A DNA stretch of 64,000 bases from NCBI GenBank assembly GCA_040903985.1, contig JBBDUI010000002.1, positions 390,038-454,037 on the forward strand, written 5' to 3'. Positions within the stretch are counted from its first letter, which is position 1, and each line of letters starts with the position of its first letter. A model generated the notes under the pieces. It had not been told where the DNA came from, ran no database searches, and saw only the letters and a list, made by a program, of their open reading frames with translations. Shown in pieces: positions 41,470-50,823 of this stretch. The stretch is from Candidatus Saccharimonadales bacterium (GTDB lineage: Bacteria > Patescibacteriota > Saccharimonadia > QS-5-54-17). A program made the position numbers and the translations under genes.

Positions 41470-41507
41470 GAATTGTAAATACTATATTTTTATGATATAG
41501 TATTTTT

Positions 41508-41951
41508 ATGACTGAAAGAGATTTTTACCCGAAAGACTCTATCGAACAAATTCATGCCCTACAAGAGCAGGTAGCAACAGAGTGTGATGAATACATAGCC
41601 GAAACTAGAGAGCATACCTATCGCGGCAAAGAGGACAAAGAAGTGACTTTTCTAAATAACGGCAGAGTTGTTGAGATATCCAGGGGCATCGTAACCAGTT
41701 GGAATGTTGAATTTGAAGTAGAACGAGAAGATAGGTCGCTATTGCTGTTTGGGCGTAGAGTTAAACCCAAGACGACTTACATCTTACGCGAGAGAGTAAG
41801 TGCCATGTATGGAATGGGTGAACCTAGTGGTATAGACGAATTCAGATTTACTGTGGGAAGCTGTGATCCAGAAGATACTCAAGCTTACGAAGACTCTAGA
41901 GGTAGACTACAAAAATGGTTAGAAATTCATAGAGAGCGTGAGGCTGAATAA
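41508..41951 (+). CDS. Hypothetical protein
   Basis: 147-aa ORF; TATAGT 6 nt before the ATG. Confidence 0.65.
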   Translation: MTERDFYPKDSIEQIHALQEQVATECDEYIAETREHTYRGKEDKEVTFLNNGRVVEISRGIVTSWNVEFEVEREDRSLLLFGRRVKPKTTYILRERVSAMYGMGEPSGIDEFRFTVGSCDPEDTQAYEDSRGRLQKWLEIHREREAE

Positions 41952-42074
41952 AACGTTCTAACTTCCATTACCACCTGGAGCCAATAGTATGTATGTGACA
42001 AGAAGTCCAGGATATATTTATGCATCTGGGCTTTTTTAAATCCCTGTGTTTTCAACTTGAGGTATGATGAATAT

Positions 42075-42572
42075 ATGACAAATCTGATAATACTAAGAGG
42101 ACCGTCTGCAAGTGACAAAACTACGGTTGCAAAGTTGCTAAAGCAAGCTATGGAGAATAATGTTGCTCTCCTGGACTTCGATGTTTTTAGGGGTGACTTT
42201 CTAGATAAAAAGGGTGAATATTATCCTGCGGCAGCAAAAATGCTTATGGGCACGGCGACTATAGCGCTCGAATCAGGCTATGATGTGATAATCGATGGGT
42301 TCTATAGATCAGAAGACTATCCCGACTTGCTTTCAGATTTGCTTGAGAAGCATCCTGAGAGTAACTTCATTTATTATTTTGATGTTTCGCTAGAAACAAC
42401 CATCCACCGCCACTCCAACAGAGAAAAGTCTAATCAGTTTGGCGAAAAAGAGTTACGACAGTGGTATTACAAGCCGAAAGCATCAGCTATATACGATAAC
42501 GAATATAAAATATCAGAAACATTATCCGCGACTGAAACAGTTGACTTCATAAAAGATAAAATTGTGTCGTAA
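42075..42572 (+). CDS. P-loop nucleotide kinase-like (AAA_33) protein with altered Walker A
   Basis: LIILRGPSASDKTT, VIIDG and R...R lid; TATGAT 6 nt before the ATG. Confidence 0.75.
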   Translation: MTNLIILRGPSASDKTTVAKLLKQAMENNVALLDFDVFRGDFLDKKGEYYPAAAKMLMGTATIALESGYDVIIDGFYRSEDYPDLLSDLLEKHPESNFIYYFDVSLETTIHRHSNREKSNQFGEKELRQWYYKPKASAIYDNEYKISETLSATETVDFIKDKIVS

Positions 42573-42635
42573 GACATACGGCCGTCCAGGCGTACTGTAG
42601 TTCTAAATCAGTATGTTGAGCCATATTAGAAAATA

Positions 42636-42743
42636 AATTCGGGCATTCGTCTTGTGCGGTACCCGAATTCTGTATGTGATAAGAGATTTTGACAGTGTGG
42701 CCAGGGGCGCGTTAATGTGCGCGATACCTCTGACCACACTGTC
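42636..42743 (-). terminator. Two hairpins 3' of gene 42766..43122
   Basis: GACAGTGTGG/CCACACTGTC arms (42691-42743) with an extended inner stem. AATTCGGG/CCCGAATT (42636-42669) followed by a T-rich tract on the minus strand. Confidence 0.55.
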
Positions 42744-42765
42744 GTCCAGCCTTCTTGTAGATCGC

Positions 42766-43122
42766 TCAGAGCCCCACTTCCATGCCCCAAAAGACATTCG
42801 CTACAAGGCAGTAGAGCAGGAAGAGAAGGCAGCAGGCCATAATCAGGCCTGCTATTGCCATAGCCCCGGCTCCGATTATTAGGACAATTTCAGGGGCATT
42901 ATTCCGGATGGCGAAATCGGTGTAGGCCATGGAGGCGACAGCGACTGTGGCTATAAGCATCGCCGTTGCTACAACCAGGAACACCCCTACAGAAATTTTC
43001 CGTATGGGTGTTATGGTTATGGTTGCACGCCTGTAGAGCGTATCGAATCCGTAGAAGGCCATGAGCAGGATGATTCCGCTGATTCCGACAGACAGAATGG
43101 CAAGCACTCCGTTGAGTTCCAT
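42766..43122 (-). CDS. Small three-TM membrane protein
   Basis: SD AAGGAG; three hydrophobic helices. Confidence 0.65.
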   Translation of the reverse strand: MELNGVLAILSVGISGIILLMAFYGFDTLYRRATITITPIRKISVGVFLVVATAMLIATVAVASMAYTDFAIRNNAPEIVLIIGAGAMAIAGLIMACCLLFLLYCLVANVFWGMEVGL

Positions 43123-43323
43123 TGCAGTCTCCTTGTGAAGGTGCTGGTGTATTCTTTTATACTATAAAATTGATGTTGCGTCCAATAATTCGTATTTAGT
43201 ACGAGAATACAAGCCAAGTATAAACGCTCTAGATGTATACTAGAACCAATTTATTCATAACTGAGGGTGAATCTACATCATTTATGTTTTGACATAATGA
43301 GATTATTGTAGCATTTTTTGTAT

Positions 43324-43770
43324 ATGTCTGAAGTTAATGTTGAACGTCTGGCCCAGTACTCATTAGAGGATGCTGAGCAGCTAGGTAAGCTAATGCCATT
43401 TTTATCCAGTAGCTTTAGTGGCGAGCCGATTGATACCGAGCTCCTAGATGCAATTATCTCTTCTGCTTTTCATGATCAGCTGGTCGCTAGACAGAGAGGT
43501 CGGATTATTGGTGCTGCTACACTTAGCTTGGTAATGGGTGCAGCTGCTGGTAAGAAAGGTTACCTAGAAGATTTTGTTGTGCATCCCGATACACAAGGAC
43601 AAGGAATAGGAATAGGAATATGGGAAGAGATGATCTCCTGGTGTAGAGAACAAGGTGTTAGCACTCTAAATTTTACATCTGCACCTAGTAAAGAGGCTGC
43701 CCATAGGTTTTACCATGCGAATGGTGCTATTGAACGTGATACAACTGTTTTTCGAGTTGATGTTCACTGA
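43324..43770 (+). CDS. GNAT family N-acetyltransferase
   Basis: LEDFVVHPDTQGQGIG acetyl-CoA motif and AHRFYHANG. Confidence 0.88.
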   Translation: MSEVNVERLAQYSLEDAEQLGKLMPFLSSSFSGEPIDTELLDAIISSAFHDQLVARQRGRIIGAATLSLVMGAAAGKKGYLEDFVVHPDTQGQGIGIGIWEEMISWCREQGVSTLNFTSAPSKEAAHRFYHANGAIERDTTVFRVDVH

Positions 43771-43896
43771 CCATACGATAGGAAGTTCTAATTTCCGTTA
43801 CTACAAAGAGCCAAGAGTAAGTATAGGTGGCCTAGGAAGTACTTGTTCATTATGCCTATGATTGCAATGTAGCCTAGCTAGGCTACAGTAATAAAT

Positions 43897-44481
43897 ATGA
43901 ATGAAATGATGCCACCTCGCCAAGGCTTTCCGAATAGAACTCCGTGCTGCGAAGTGGAGTCAGAGTTGATTGAGTTACAAGCAGAGATTGATGAATTAGG
44001 GATCGAGGCTTACAGGCAGATCCTAGAAGCACATTTTGCCACCTCAGAACAGGCTCGGTTAAAAGATCTAAACGAAATTGCTGCACAGAAACTATCTGAA
44101 ATCGTAGACTTTGGTAATTCCGCAACTCTCTCTGCAAGATATATCTACGATACGCTTCATAGTTCTGGTGCTAAACCCGAGCTAGTGTACCCAGTAGATA
44201 CACTTCATTGGTCGGCATATATAGAAGGTAGGGTGCTAGGAGTAAAGCAGCTTTTGCTGGAGCACCCCGCCAAGGACAGAAAGGGGCTGATTGGCTATAG
44301 ATCATGCGTTGAGATTGAAGCATCTCGCGTTATGGGCTGGCATGGAGAGGCTGGGAAAGCAGTAGTTATCTATGCACCGATAGGAGAATTGTATACTGGC
44401 GAGATTTCATATAATCAAGGCATAACCGAGGCAGTAGAGCCTGACCCAATCTCAAGCCCTAGCTACATTTTCTTTGGGTAG
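43897..44481 (+). CDS. Hypothetical protein
   Basis: 194-aa ORF; TACAGT 7 nt before the ATG. Confidence 0.6.
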   Translation: MNEMMPPRQGFPNRTPCCEVESELIELQAEIDELGIEAYRQILEAHFATSEQARLKDLNEIAAQKLSEIVDFGNSATLSARYIYDTLHSSGAKPELVYPVDTLHWSAYIEGRVLGVKQLLLEHPAKDRKGLIGYRSCVEIEASRVMGWHGEAGKAVVIYAPIGELYTGEISYNQGITEAVEPDPISSPSYIFFG

Positions 44482-44620
44482 TCAAGCACGAATGTATTAG
44501 TCGAGAGATTATGAGTGTATCATCTTGCTATGATTAGTCTTAGCTTCTTCATATAAATATTTATATGAAAGCTTCGCCATTCCAAGCGGCTTTTTCGAAC
44601 TTTTGTTTTAGAATAAACGT

Positions 44621-44839
44621 ATGGAACCAAAAAGTGTCGTCACGTGTATTCCCTCCAGAGATTTAGACAAGTCTCTTGAATTTTATAAAAAATGCTTCCA
44701 GCTCGAAGCCTTAGAAATTGAGGAGGAGACTATTGTAATTGAGCTCGCAAACCTCAGCCTCTTTGTTATGGGTCAAGAAGTAGCTTACGTCCAAGATCCT
44801 GATGGGCACGTCTGGGAATTAGTTCATGTCATGAAGTAG
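44621..44839 (+). pseudogene. VOC/glyoxalase family protein, internally shortened
   Basis: N-terminal DLDKSLEFY and C-terminal DPDGHVWE motifs in only 72 aa. Confidence 0.6.
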
Positions 44840-44946
44840 CTACTTTTCGTAGTACGTCTACAACCTCGAGCCATATTGACTATAACTAGCTGTTGCTAAA
44901 CAAAACTAAAGAGACTACTGGGGCCTCTTTTTGCTATGATAAGATT

Positions 44947-45360
44947 ATGAAAATTGGTGTTGCAGGCAGTATGCAGTTTACAGAACGGATGATGGAGCTG
45001 TGTGAGCAGCTAGAGACTATGGGCCATCAAGCTTTTATGAGTAGATTTGGCCCGGCGTTTGTTGGGAAAACTGATGAGGAAAAAGAAAAGATCAAGCTGG
45101 AGCAAAAATACAATCATGATGCAATCCGAGAGTTTTGGACATCAATGCAAGGTGCAGATGCTTTATTAGTTGCAAATTATGATAAACACAGTATCAGAAA
45201 CTATATTGGCGGTAATACGTTTCTGGAAATGGGATTTGCACACGTGCTTCATCAAAAAATCTACTTACTAAGCCCAATCCCGAAAATGCCTCATTACGAG
45301 ACAGAAATAATAGCTATGCAGCCGATCATAATTAATGGTGATTTAAGCCTTATAGAGTAA
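44947..45360 (+). CDS. Conserved hypothetical protein (nucleoside deoxyribosyltransferase-like fold)
   Basis: IGVAGSM, ADALLVAN and YIGGNTFLEMGFA motifs; TATGAT 6 nt before the ATG. Confidence 0.65.
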   Translation: MKIGVAGSMQFTERMMELCEQLETMGHQAFMSRFGPAFVGKTDEEKEKIKLEQKYNHDAIREFWTSMQGADALLVANYDKHSIRNYIGGNTFLEMGFAHVLHQKIYLLSPIPKMPHYETEIIAMQPIIINGDLSLIE

Positions 45361-45400
45361 GACTTGCTTAAAAACTCTGTTTCTCTACTATTAGTAGCGG

Positions 45401-46199
45401 TAGATGTTCGTAACCTGCGTATTAATACGAGCTAAATTAACTTAAACTAACTAATGCTTACTTAAAACTTAATGAAGAAACGGATCTTAACTAAGCTTCT
45501 ACTGTTAGAATAGTTTCAAGGTCCTCATATAATCGCATTGTAATATCTTTGATTATCGGTATATCCTCAATTTTGTGAATGAGCTCTGTTATTTCTTTTG
45601 TTTGTTCTTTATCGAAGCTAAGAGCCGCTAGCACAAGTCGTACGTCAGGTTCTTCGGCTGGACTAGATAACCACTCCTGGATTAATTTATGCCATTTAGT
45701 TAGCTTGACTACAGGTATAGCAAACTCTTCTTCTGCCGGCAAGATATTATCAAAATACCGTATAATCCCGGCTCGATTGCTCAGTTTATCTAGCAGGACC
45801 TTGTCCTCGTAAATCTTCAATGCCTGGGTGATGAACGGAGATTCAGGCAGTATAGTGTAAATGTTGTTTTTAAGAATGAAGCTCTCCCTAGCTTCATCTA
45901 TTAAAGAGTGGTATCTGAATCCAGCTGTGAAGGAGTCGGGTTCATGCTCGATGCTTTCTAGGTTAACCTTCTGAAGGTGTGTTTGTTCACGGCTAACTAC
46001 ATTCAGATATCGAATATCCGGAAAGCTGGTTCCAACTATAAACTCCTCTTTGTTTTTGTCCGGCAAAAAGCTGCTAAGTGCCTTTTGAGAAAGAACTATA
46101 TGTGTGGTTATACCTGCCATAGCCTAGATTATAAACTACGGATTCCACTATTGGCTCAAGTTTCTCAGCTACTTTAGAAGTTAGTAACCTGTGTATTAA
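45401..46199. repeat. 25-bp imperfect direct repeat pair flanking gene 45491..46120
   Basis: TAGATGTTCGTAACCTGCGTATTAA (45401-45425) vs TAGAAGTTAGTAACCTGTGTATTAA (46175-46199); 22/25 identical. Confidence 0.6.
45491..46120 (-). CDS. Zinc-dependent phospholipase C/hydrolase-like protein
   Basis: N-terminal TH, GTSFPDI and HSLID metal-ligand pattern. Confidence 0.55.
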   Translation of the reverse strand: MAGITTHIVLSQKALSSFLPDKNKEEFIVGTSFPDIRYLNVVSREQTHLQKVNLESIEHEPDSFTAGFRYHSLIDEARESFILKNNIYTILPESPFITQALKIYEDKVLLDKLSNRAGIIRYFDNILPAEEEFAIPVVKLTKWHKLIQEWLSSPAEEPDVRLVLAALSFDKEQTKEITELIHKIEDIPIIKDITMRLYEDLETILTVEA

Positions 46200-46499
46200 A
46201 GGAAGCCAGGTCAAGCAGCTAGTAGTAGATCGGTTTTTCTATGCAATTCTGTACTATTCTCTAAGCTCTCACCACTGCAAATGGTTCGAGTCCGATCGCC
46301 CTCAGATTTGAATTGTGTAGAGTTAATGCTAGACAGTCTAGGTGGATTGAAAATCTGCACTATCTCTATAGTTCAGTTCTATATCCGAACAAAAGGCCAT
46401 ATGACAATTAAGTATTACGAAGGCTGATCGGGTTCTGCGACCTACCCGTCCGATTATTTATAGAGTGAACGACTAATATAATACTGCTATTATTAGCAT

Positions 46500-47027
46500 A
46501 TGACTGATCAGAGACTAATTATCATACGTGGCTATCCGGGCAGCGGTAAAACCACAGTCGGCCAAACGTTAGCTGCACACGGACTGGGCACATTCATAGA
46601 TCACAACGCTATTTTGACATTTCTCGCAAACATAGTTGGCAATGATGAGGGCATGTATGATGAGATCCATACACTAGAACGAGCTATGGCCAGAAAGCTT
46701 TTAGCAGACGGTAAGAGTGCGATTGTAGCTAGGGGGTTCAGTAGACAAAGCTCCATCGACCCTTATCTCGAAATTACTAAGGAGGTTGGGATAGAAGCGT
46801 ATATCTTCAAGCTTAACGCAGATGAAGTCACCCTAAAGAGTCGCGTGGTGGCAGAGGGGAGGAAGAAAGACTTTAACCCAACAACTAGTGAAGAGGCTCT
46901 ATCGGCGTGGATGGCTGAGAATCTACTCGAAGCAGTAGAGGACGAATATGATATTAACGCTAATGAGTCGATCGAGCATGTTGTTAATCAGATTGTTTCT
47001 TTGCTTGGCTCAAGATCGACAAGCTGA
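46500..47027 (+). CDS. P-loop kinase (AAA_33-like)
   Basis: IIRGYPGSGKTT. Confidence 0.8.
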   Translation: MTDQRLIIIRGYPGSGKTTVGQTLAAHGLGTFIDHNAILTFLANIVGNDEGMYDEIHTLERAMARKLLADGKSAIVARGFSRQSSIDPYLEITKEVGIEAYIFKLNADEVTLKSRVVAEGRKKDFNPTTSEEALSAWMAENLLEAVEDEYDINANESIEHVVNQIVSLLGSRSTS

Positions 47028-47096
47028 GTTATAAGGAAATGTCCAATTTTGTGCCGGACAGTTCCTTATCTCCCATACATCCATGCTCATAAATAT

Positions 47097-47126
47097 TTGC
47101 CATAATACCCCATAGGGGTATATACT
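47097..47126 (+). promoter_or_regulatory. Promoter with CsoR-type operator
   Basis: TTGCCA, 18 bp, TATACT; palindrome ATACCCC-ATA-GGGGTAT at 47105-47121. Confidence 0.8.
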
Positions 47127-47132
47127 TTAATC

Positions 47133-47411
47133 ATGATTGAAGATATTAAAAAGCGAGCGCTTCATCGAGCCAAGATTATCGAAGGACAGATGCGTGGCAT
47201 CCAGAAGATGATTGAGAAGGATGATTACTGCATGGACGTCATTACCCAGAGTCTTGCGGTGCAAAAATCCCTAGGCTCGCTAAACAAGCTTGTTCTGGAG
47301 AATCATTTGCGGACTCATATTAAAGATATGTTTACGGCTGGTGATGTAGATAGAGCCGTGGAAGAACTGCTTGTGGTCTATGAGCTAGGCAAAGTGAGGG
47401 GCAAGTCATGA
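47133..47411 (+). CDS. CsoR/RcnR family metal-sensing repressor
   Basis: R..IEGQ.RGIQKM, YCMDV and ENHLRTH. Confidence 0.9.
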   Translation: MIEDIKKRALHRAKIIEGQMRGIQKMIEKDDYCMDVITQSLAVQKSLGSLNKLVLENHLRTHIKDMFTAGDVDRAVEELLVVYELGKVRGKS

Positions 47412-47944
47412 ATCACGACCATCACGATCACTTGCAGCCAGATAGCGCCTTAGCCGTACCTAAAACTCCATGGACCGATTGGTTGCCGTTAATTGTTGTG
47501 ATTGGCTATGTACTTGGATCATCTTTAGTAGTTGCACAGCTGACTGAGTTCTCGCTATTTAATTTGATGGCCTATACGATGGGCTTCTTCTTTGTATTCT
47601 TCTCGCTCTTTAAGTTTATAAACCTTTCGGGTTTTGCAATGGGTTACGCCGAGTACGACATTATATCTAAGCGCTGGTACAGCTGGGGTTATGTTTACCC
47701 ATTTATCGAACTTGGCTTAGGTGTCTTGTACCTACTGGCTATAGATAGTCCATATCTGCATAGCTTCACAATATTAATGTCAATTATCATATGCATTGGT
47801 GTTGGCATTAAATTGGCTAAACGTGAGATGTTTCACTGTGCCTGCCTCGGCACGGTTCTAAAGGTGCCACTTACTAAAGTCAGTCTAATTGAGTACGCCG
47901 TTATGGGCGGCATGGCCATATATATGCTGGCGGGGAGCCTCTAG
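47408..47944 (+). CDS. MauE/DoxX-like heavy-metal-associated membrane protein
   Basis: His-rich N-terminus, YPFIEL and CACLG; overlaps the csoR-like stop. Confidence 0.78.
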   Translation: MNHDHHDHLQPDSALAVPKTPWTDWLPLIVVIGYVLGSSLVVAQLTEFSLFNLMAYTMGFFFVFFSLFKFINLSGFAMGYAEYDIISKRWYSWGYVYPFIELGLGVLYLLAIDSPYLHSFTILMSIIICIGVGIKLAKREMFHCACLGTVLKVPLTKVSLIEYAVMGGMAIYMLAGSL

Positions 47945-48174
47945 AAACGTACTAAGACCCTGCTGAATGGTTCAAAGCCTGTATGGGAAGCTTTAGGTTA
48001 GACACCACATTAAGCTCGGTGATAGAGGCCGGTGCTTGTCTAGCTCTATAATCTTAGTTCTAGATCAGTGTTTCTAGTATAAATGACGGTAGGTGCGCAA
48101 AATTCAAGGTAGTTCTCTGGAAGACGTAAATACTTGGCAGGTGCTACAATGATTGTAAGTATTAAGGAAAAAAT

Positions 48175-48588
48175 ATGGAGATAAATATAGTAGCAGTAGT
48201 CTCGGCAACCCTAGTAATGTTTGCTATAGGGGCGGTGTGGTATATGGTATTTTTTGCTAATAAGTGGGGCGAGATGCATGGTCTCGGTTCCTTGAGTGAG
48301 AAAGAGCAGAAAGAGATGGCGGCTAGTATGGGCCCGTTTTACGGTTTACAGTTACTGATGACAGTAATTTCAGCGGTAGTACTGGCATACATGATGGCGT
48401 TACTACCCGACATAGCCCCGATGCTGATTGCGTTTTTGGTGTGGGCTGGATTTGTCCTACCGACCGATGTGTCGAGCGTAATCTTTGGCGGCACTAAGGG
48501 TAAGGACATCGCACCAAAAATATTGATTCAGGCAGGCGAGGCACTGGTACGACTCGTGGCTGCGGCACTGGTAATTAGCCTGTTTTAA
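48175..48588 (+). CDS. DUF1761 family membrane protein
   Basis: IGAVWY..F..W and WAGFVLP; four TM helices. Confidence 0.7.
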   Translation: MEINIVAVVSATLVMFAIGAVWYMVFFANKWGEMHGLGSLSEKEQKEMAASMGPFYGLQLLMTVISAVVLAYMMALLPDIAPMLIAFLVWAGFVLPTDVSSVIFGGTKGKDIAPKILIQAGEALVRLVAAALVISLF

Positions 48589-48609
48589 TTTGCAAAGGGG
48601 GTTGAACGA

Positions 48610-49032
48610 ATGGCATATACGCCAAAGACGAAAGTAACCGATCAGAGCGTCGATGAATTCTTAGAAACAGTTAGTGAAAAGCGACGTGATGAAGCGTATA
48701 GGCTAATAGAGATGATGCAGCGCGTATCGACTGAAGAGCCCAGAATGTGGGGGCCGAGCATGATCGGCTTTGGCAAATATCACTATGTGAGCAAGAGTAA
48801 GTGTGAGGCGGACTGGTTCAAAATCGGCTTTAGCCCCCGCAAGGCAAAAATCTCGCTATATCTCTCATGCGATGCCGATGAGTTCGCCGCCGAGCTGTCC
48901 GAGCTCGGTAAGCACACGCGAGGTAAGGGCTGCATATATGCCAACAAGCTAGAGGACATCGACATGAAGGTGCTAGAGAAAATCGCCAAGCATGCTTATG
49001 AGAGCGCAAAGGATTACGATGCCAGTAAGTAA
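48610..49032 (+). CDS. DUF1801 (YdhG-like) protein
   Basis: MWGPSMIGFGKYHY, GFSPRK and GKGCIY. Confidence 0.8.
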   Translation: MAYTPKTKVTDQSVDEFLETVSEKRRDEAYRLIEMMQRVSTEEPRMWGPSMIGFGKYHYVSKSKCEADWFKIGFSPRKAKISLYLSCDADEFAAELSELGKHTRGKGCIYANKLEDIDMKVLEKIAKHAYESAKDYDASK

Positions 49033-49177
49033 TATTGCGGAGATATAGTAGGGCTGGGCAGTCTATTAATGATTTCTAAGCCGAGAGCATTTAGTCTACA
49101 GGTCATCAAGTAGACATTCGCTATACTCGCTTTTTGCTATAATTAAGGCGGTATTCTAATAACCAAAGGGGTGTGGA

Positions 49178-49639
49178 GTGCAACAAAAGATAGTGCCAAA
49201 CTTGTGGTTCAACGGTAATGCTAAGGTAGCGGCTGAATATTACACATCGATATTCCCTAATAGTAGAATAATTTCTATTGAGAACTATCCTGAAAGTGCC
49301 GAAGAGGGGCTCGCAGATTTTCAACTTGATATGGCTGGAAAGCCACTGGTCGTAGAATTTGAGCTTAATGGACAGCATTTCACAGCAATTAACGCTGGGC
49401 CAGAGTTTAAGTTCAGTGAAGCGATATCGTTTGCAATCTACTGCAAGGACCAAGAAGAGATCGATTATTTCTGGGAGAAATTATCTAGTGTAGTCGAAGC
49501 CGAGCAGTGCGGTTGGTGCAAAGACCAATTTGGTCTGAGCTGGCAGGTGATACCTGAGAATATGGAAGAGCTAATGAAGAAGCCAGGTGCCTACTCTAAG
49601 ATGATGGCGATGCATAAGATAGTTATTAGCGAGTTCTGA
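49178..49639 (+). CDS. VOC family PhnB-like protein
   Basis: IVPNLWF, NAGPEFKFSEAISF and CGWCKDQFGLSWQV. Confidence 0.88.
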   Translation: MQQKIVPNLWFNGNAKVAAEYYTSIFPNSRIISIENYPESAEEGLADFQLDMAGKPLVVEFELNGQHFTAINAGPEFKFSEAISFAIYCKDQEEIDYFWEKLSSVVEAEQCGWCKDQFGLSWQVIPENMEELMKKPGAYSKMMAMHKIVISEF

Positions 49640-49653
49640 TAGGGGAAGTTTTT

Positions 49654-50307
49654 ATGGTCAGAGTAAAGATTTGCGGGAATAGAAGGCTTGAAGATGCACT
49701 AAAAGCTGTGGAGTATGGTGCCGATGCAATAGGCTTTTTAGTTGGTCAGCGTCATAGTTCTCCGGATTTCATTAGTGAAGCAGCTGCAGTAGGGATTATT
49801 GAACAGCTACCGCCGTTCATTTCTACGGTGCTCGTTACGCATCTTGTGGTTCCGGAGGAGATTATTCCGCTCGCACAGAAGCTCGGCGTCAGTACTATCC
49901 AGTTACACGGGGAAACTAACCCTAGGCAAGCCGAGACTATAAAAAATCAGCTACCATATATCAAGATCTATAAAGCCGTACATGTAACAGGTGAAGAGTC
50001 GGTGAAGTTAGCGAGGCAGTATTCTAGAGTAGTAGATGCGGTCTTGCTCGATACTATCAGCGTTGCGACCGATCAGGTCGGCGGTACAGGCAGAGTTCAT
50101 GATTGGGGTATAAGTAAAGAGATTGTCAAGCAGCTAGATATTCCGGTGATTTTAGCAGGCGGATTGAACCCAGATAATGTTGCTGAAGCAATACGCCAAG
50201 TAGAACCATTCGGTGTTGATGTAAACTCGGGTACTAAAGCGGCGGATGGCTATAAAGATTACGACAAATTAAGATCATTTATACGCACTGCCAAGCTAGA
50301 AGGCTAA
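49654..50307 (+). CDS. trpF: Phosphoribosylanthranilate isomerase
   Basis: VKICG, IQLHG, GGTG..HDW, ILAGGLNPDNV and GVDVNSG. Confidence 0.9.
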   Translation: MVRVKICGNRRLEDALKAVEYGADAIGFLVGQRHSSPDFISEAAAVGIIEQLPPFISTVLVTHLVVPEEIIPLAQKLGVSTIQLHGETNPRQAETIKNQLPYIKIYKAVHVTGEESVKLARQYSRVVDAVLLDTISVATDQVGGTGRVHDWGISKEIVKQLDIPVILAGGLNPDNVAEAIRQVEPFGVDVNSGTKAADGYKDYDKLRSFIRTAKLEG

Positions 50308-50415
50308 GAGGTTGCAGCCCTCATCTCCATCATTGCTAAGTGTTAGGATGACAGAATAGCACAGGAGATCGTGCAAGTGCTTGACCAATCAGCCTGTTTA
50401 TTATATGAATATAAT

Positions 50416-50823
50416 ATGACTGCTCCAGAGAATCAGGACATAGACTCAACTAAATCTGCTTTTGAAGACGGCATGGAAGAACCTGCATCCATAGAGGAGC
50501 TACCTCACAATTTAGGATTTATAGAGACAGCAGAGTTACGCCAGCGAAAAGCAGAATGGCTGGCTGCCAGAGACACCGAGTATTACCGTCAAGCGGCAAT
50601 TACATATCATGAACTGGCTCAGGATCTTGTGGATCAGCAGTCGGGTGAGGCACGTATGAAGGCGCAGATCGGTTTGATTATAGAGATGGGGTTGATCCGG
50701 CGCAGCATGGGTAAGATGGAGGCCTACCTAGAAGATGTAGAAGATGCGATAGTTTATGCTCAGCAAGAAGGGCTAGATGAGGTGGTAGCTATTCTGGAGT
50801 CGGAGGCTAGAGATAAAGAGTGA
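50416..50823 (+). CDS. Hypothetical helical protein
   Basis: Acidic ORF; the start is likely at MTAPEN. Confidence 0.6.
   Translation: MTAPENQDIDSTKSAFEDGMEEPASIEELPHNLGFIETAELRQRKAEWLAARDTEYYRQAAITYHELAQDLVDQQSGEARMKAQIGLIIEMGLIRRSMGKMEAYLEDVEDAIVYAQQEGLDEVVAILESEARDKE

Noticed and set aside
48092-48119. GGTGCGCAAAA resembling the XerC arm of dif
   Set aside because: No XerD arm at the right spacing, and the site is near oriC.
49117-49129. 13-mer TTCGCTATACTCG shared with the lexA promoter
   Set aside because: Matches of this length are expected by chance in 64 kb, and the 11-bp repeat period is not kept.
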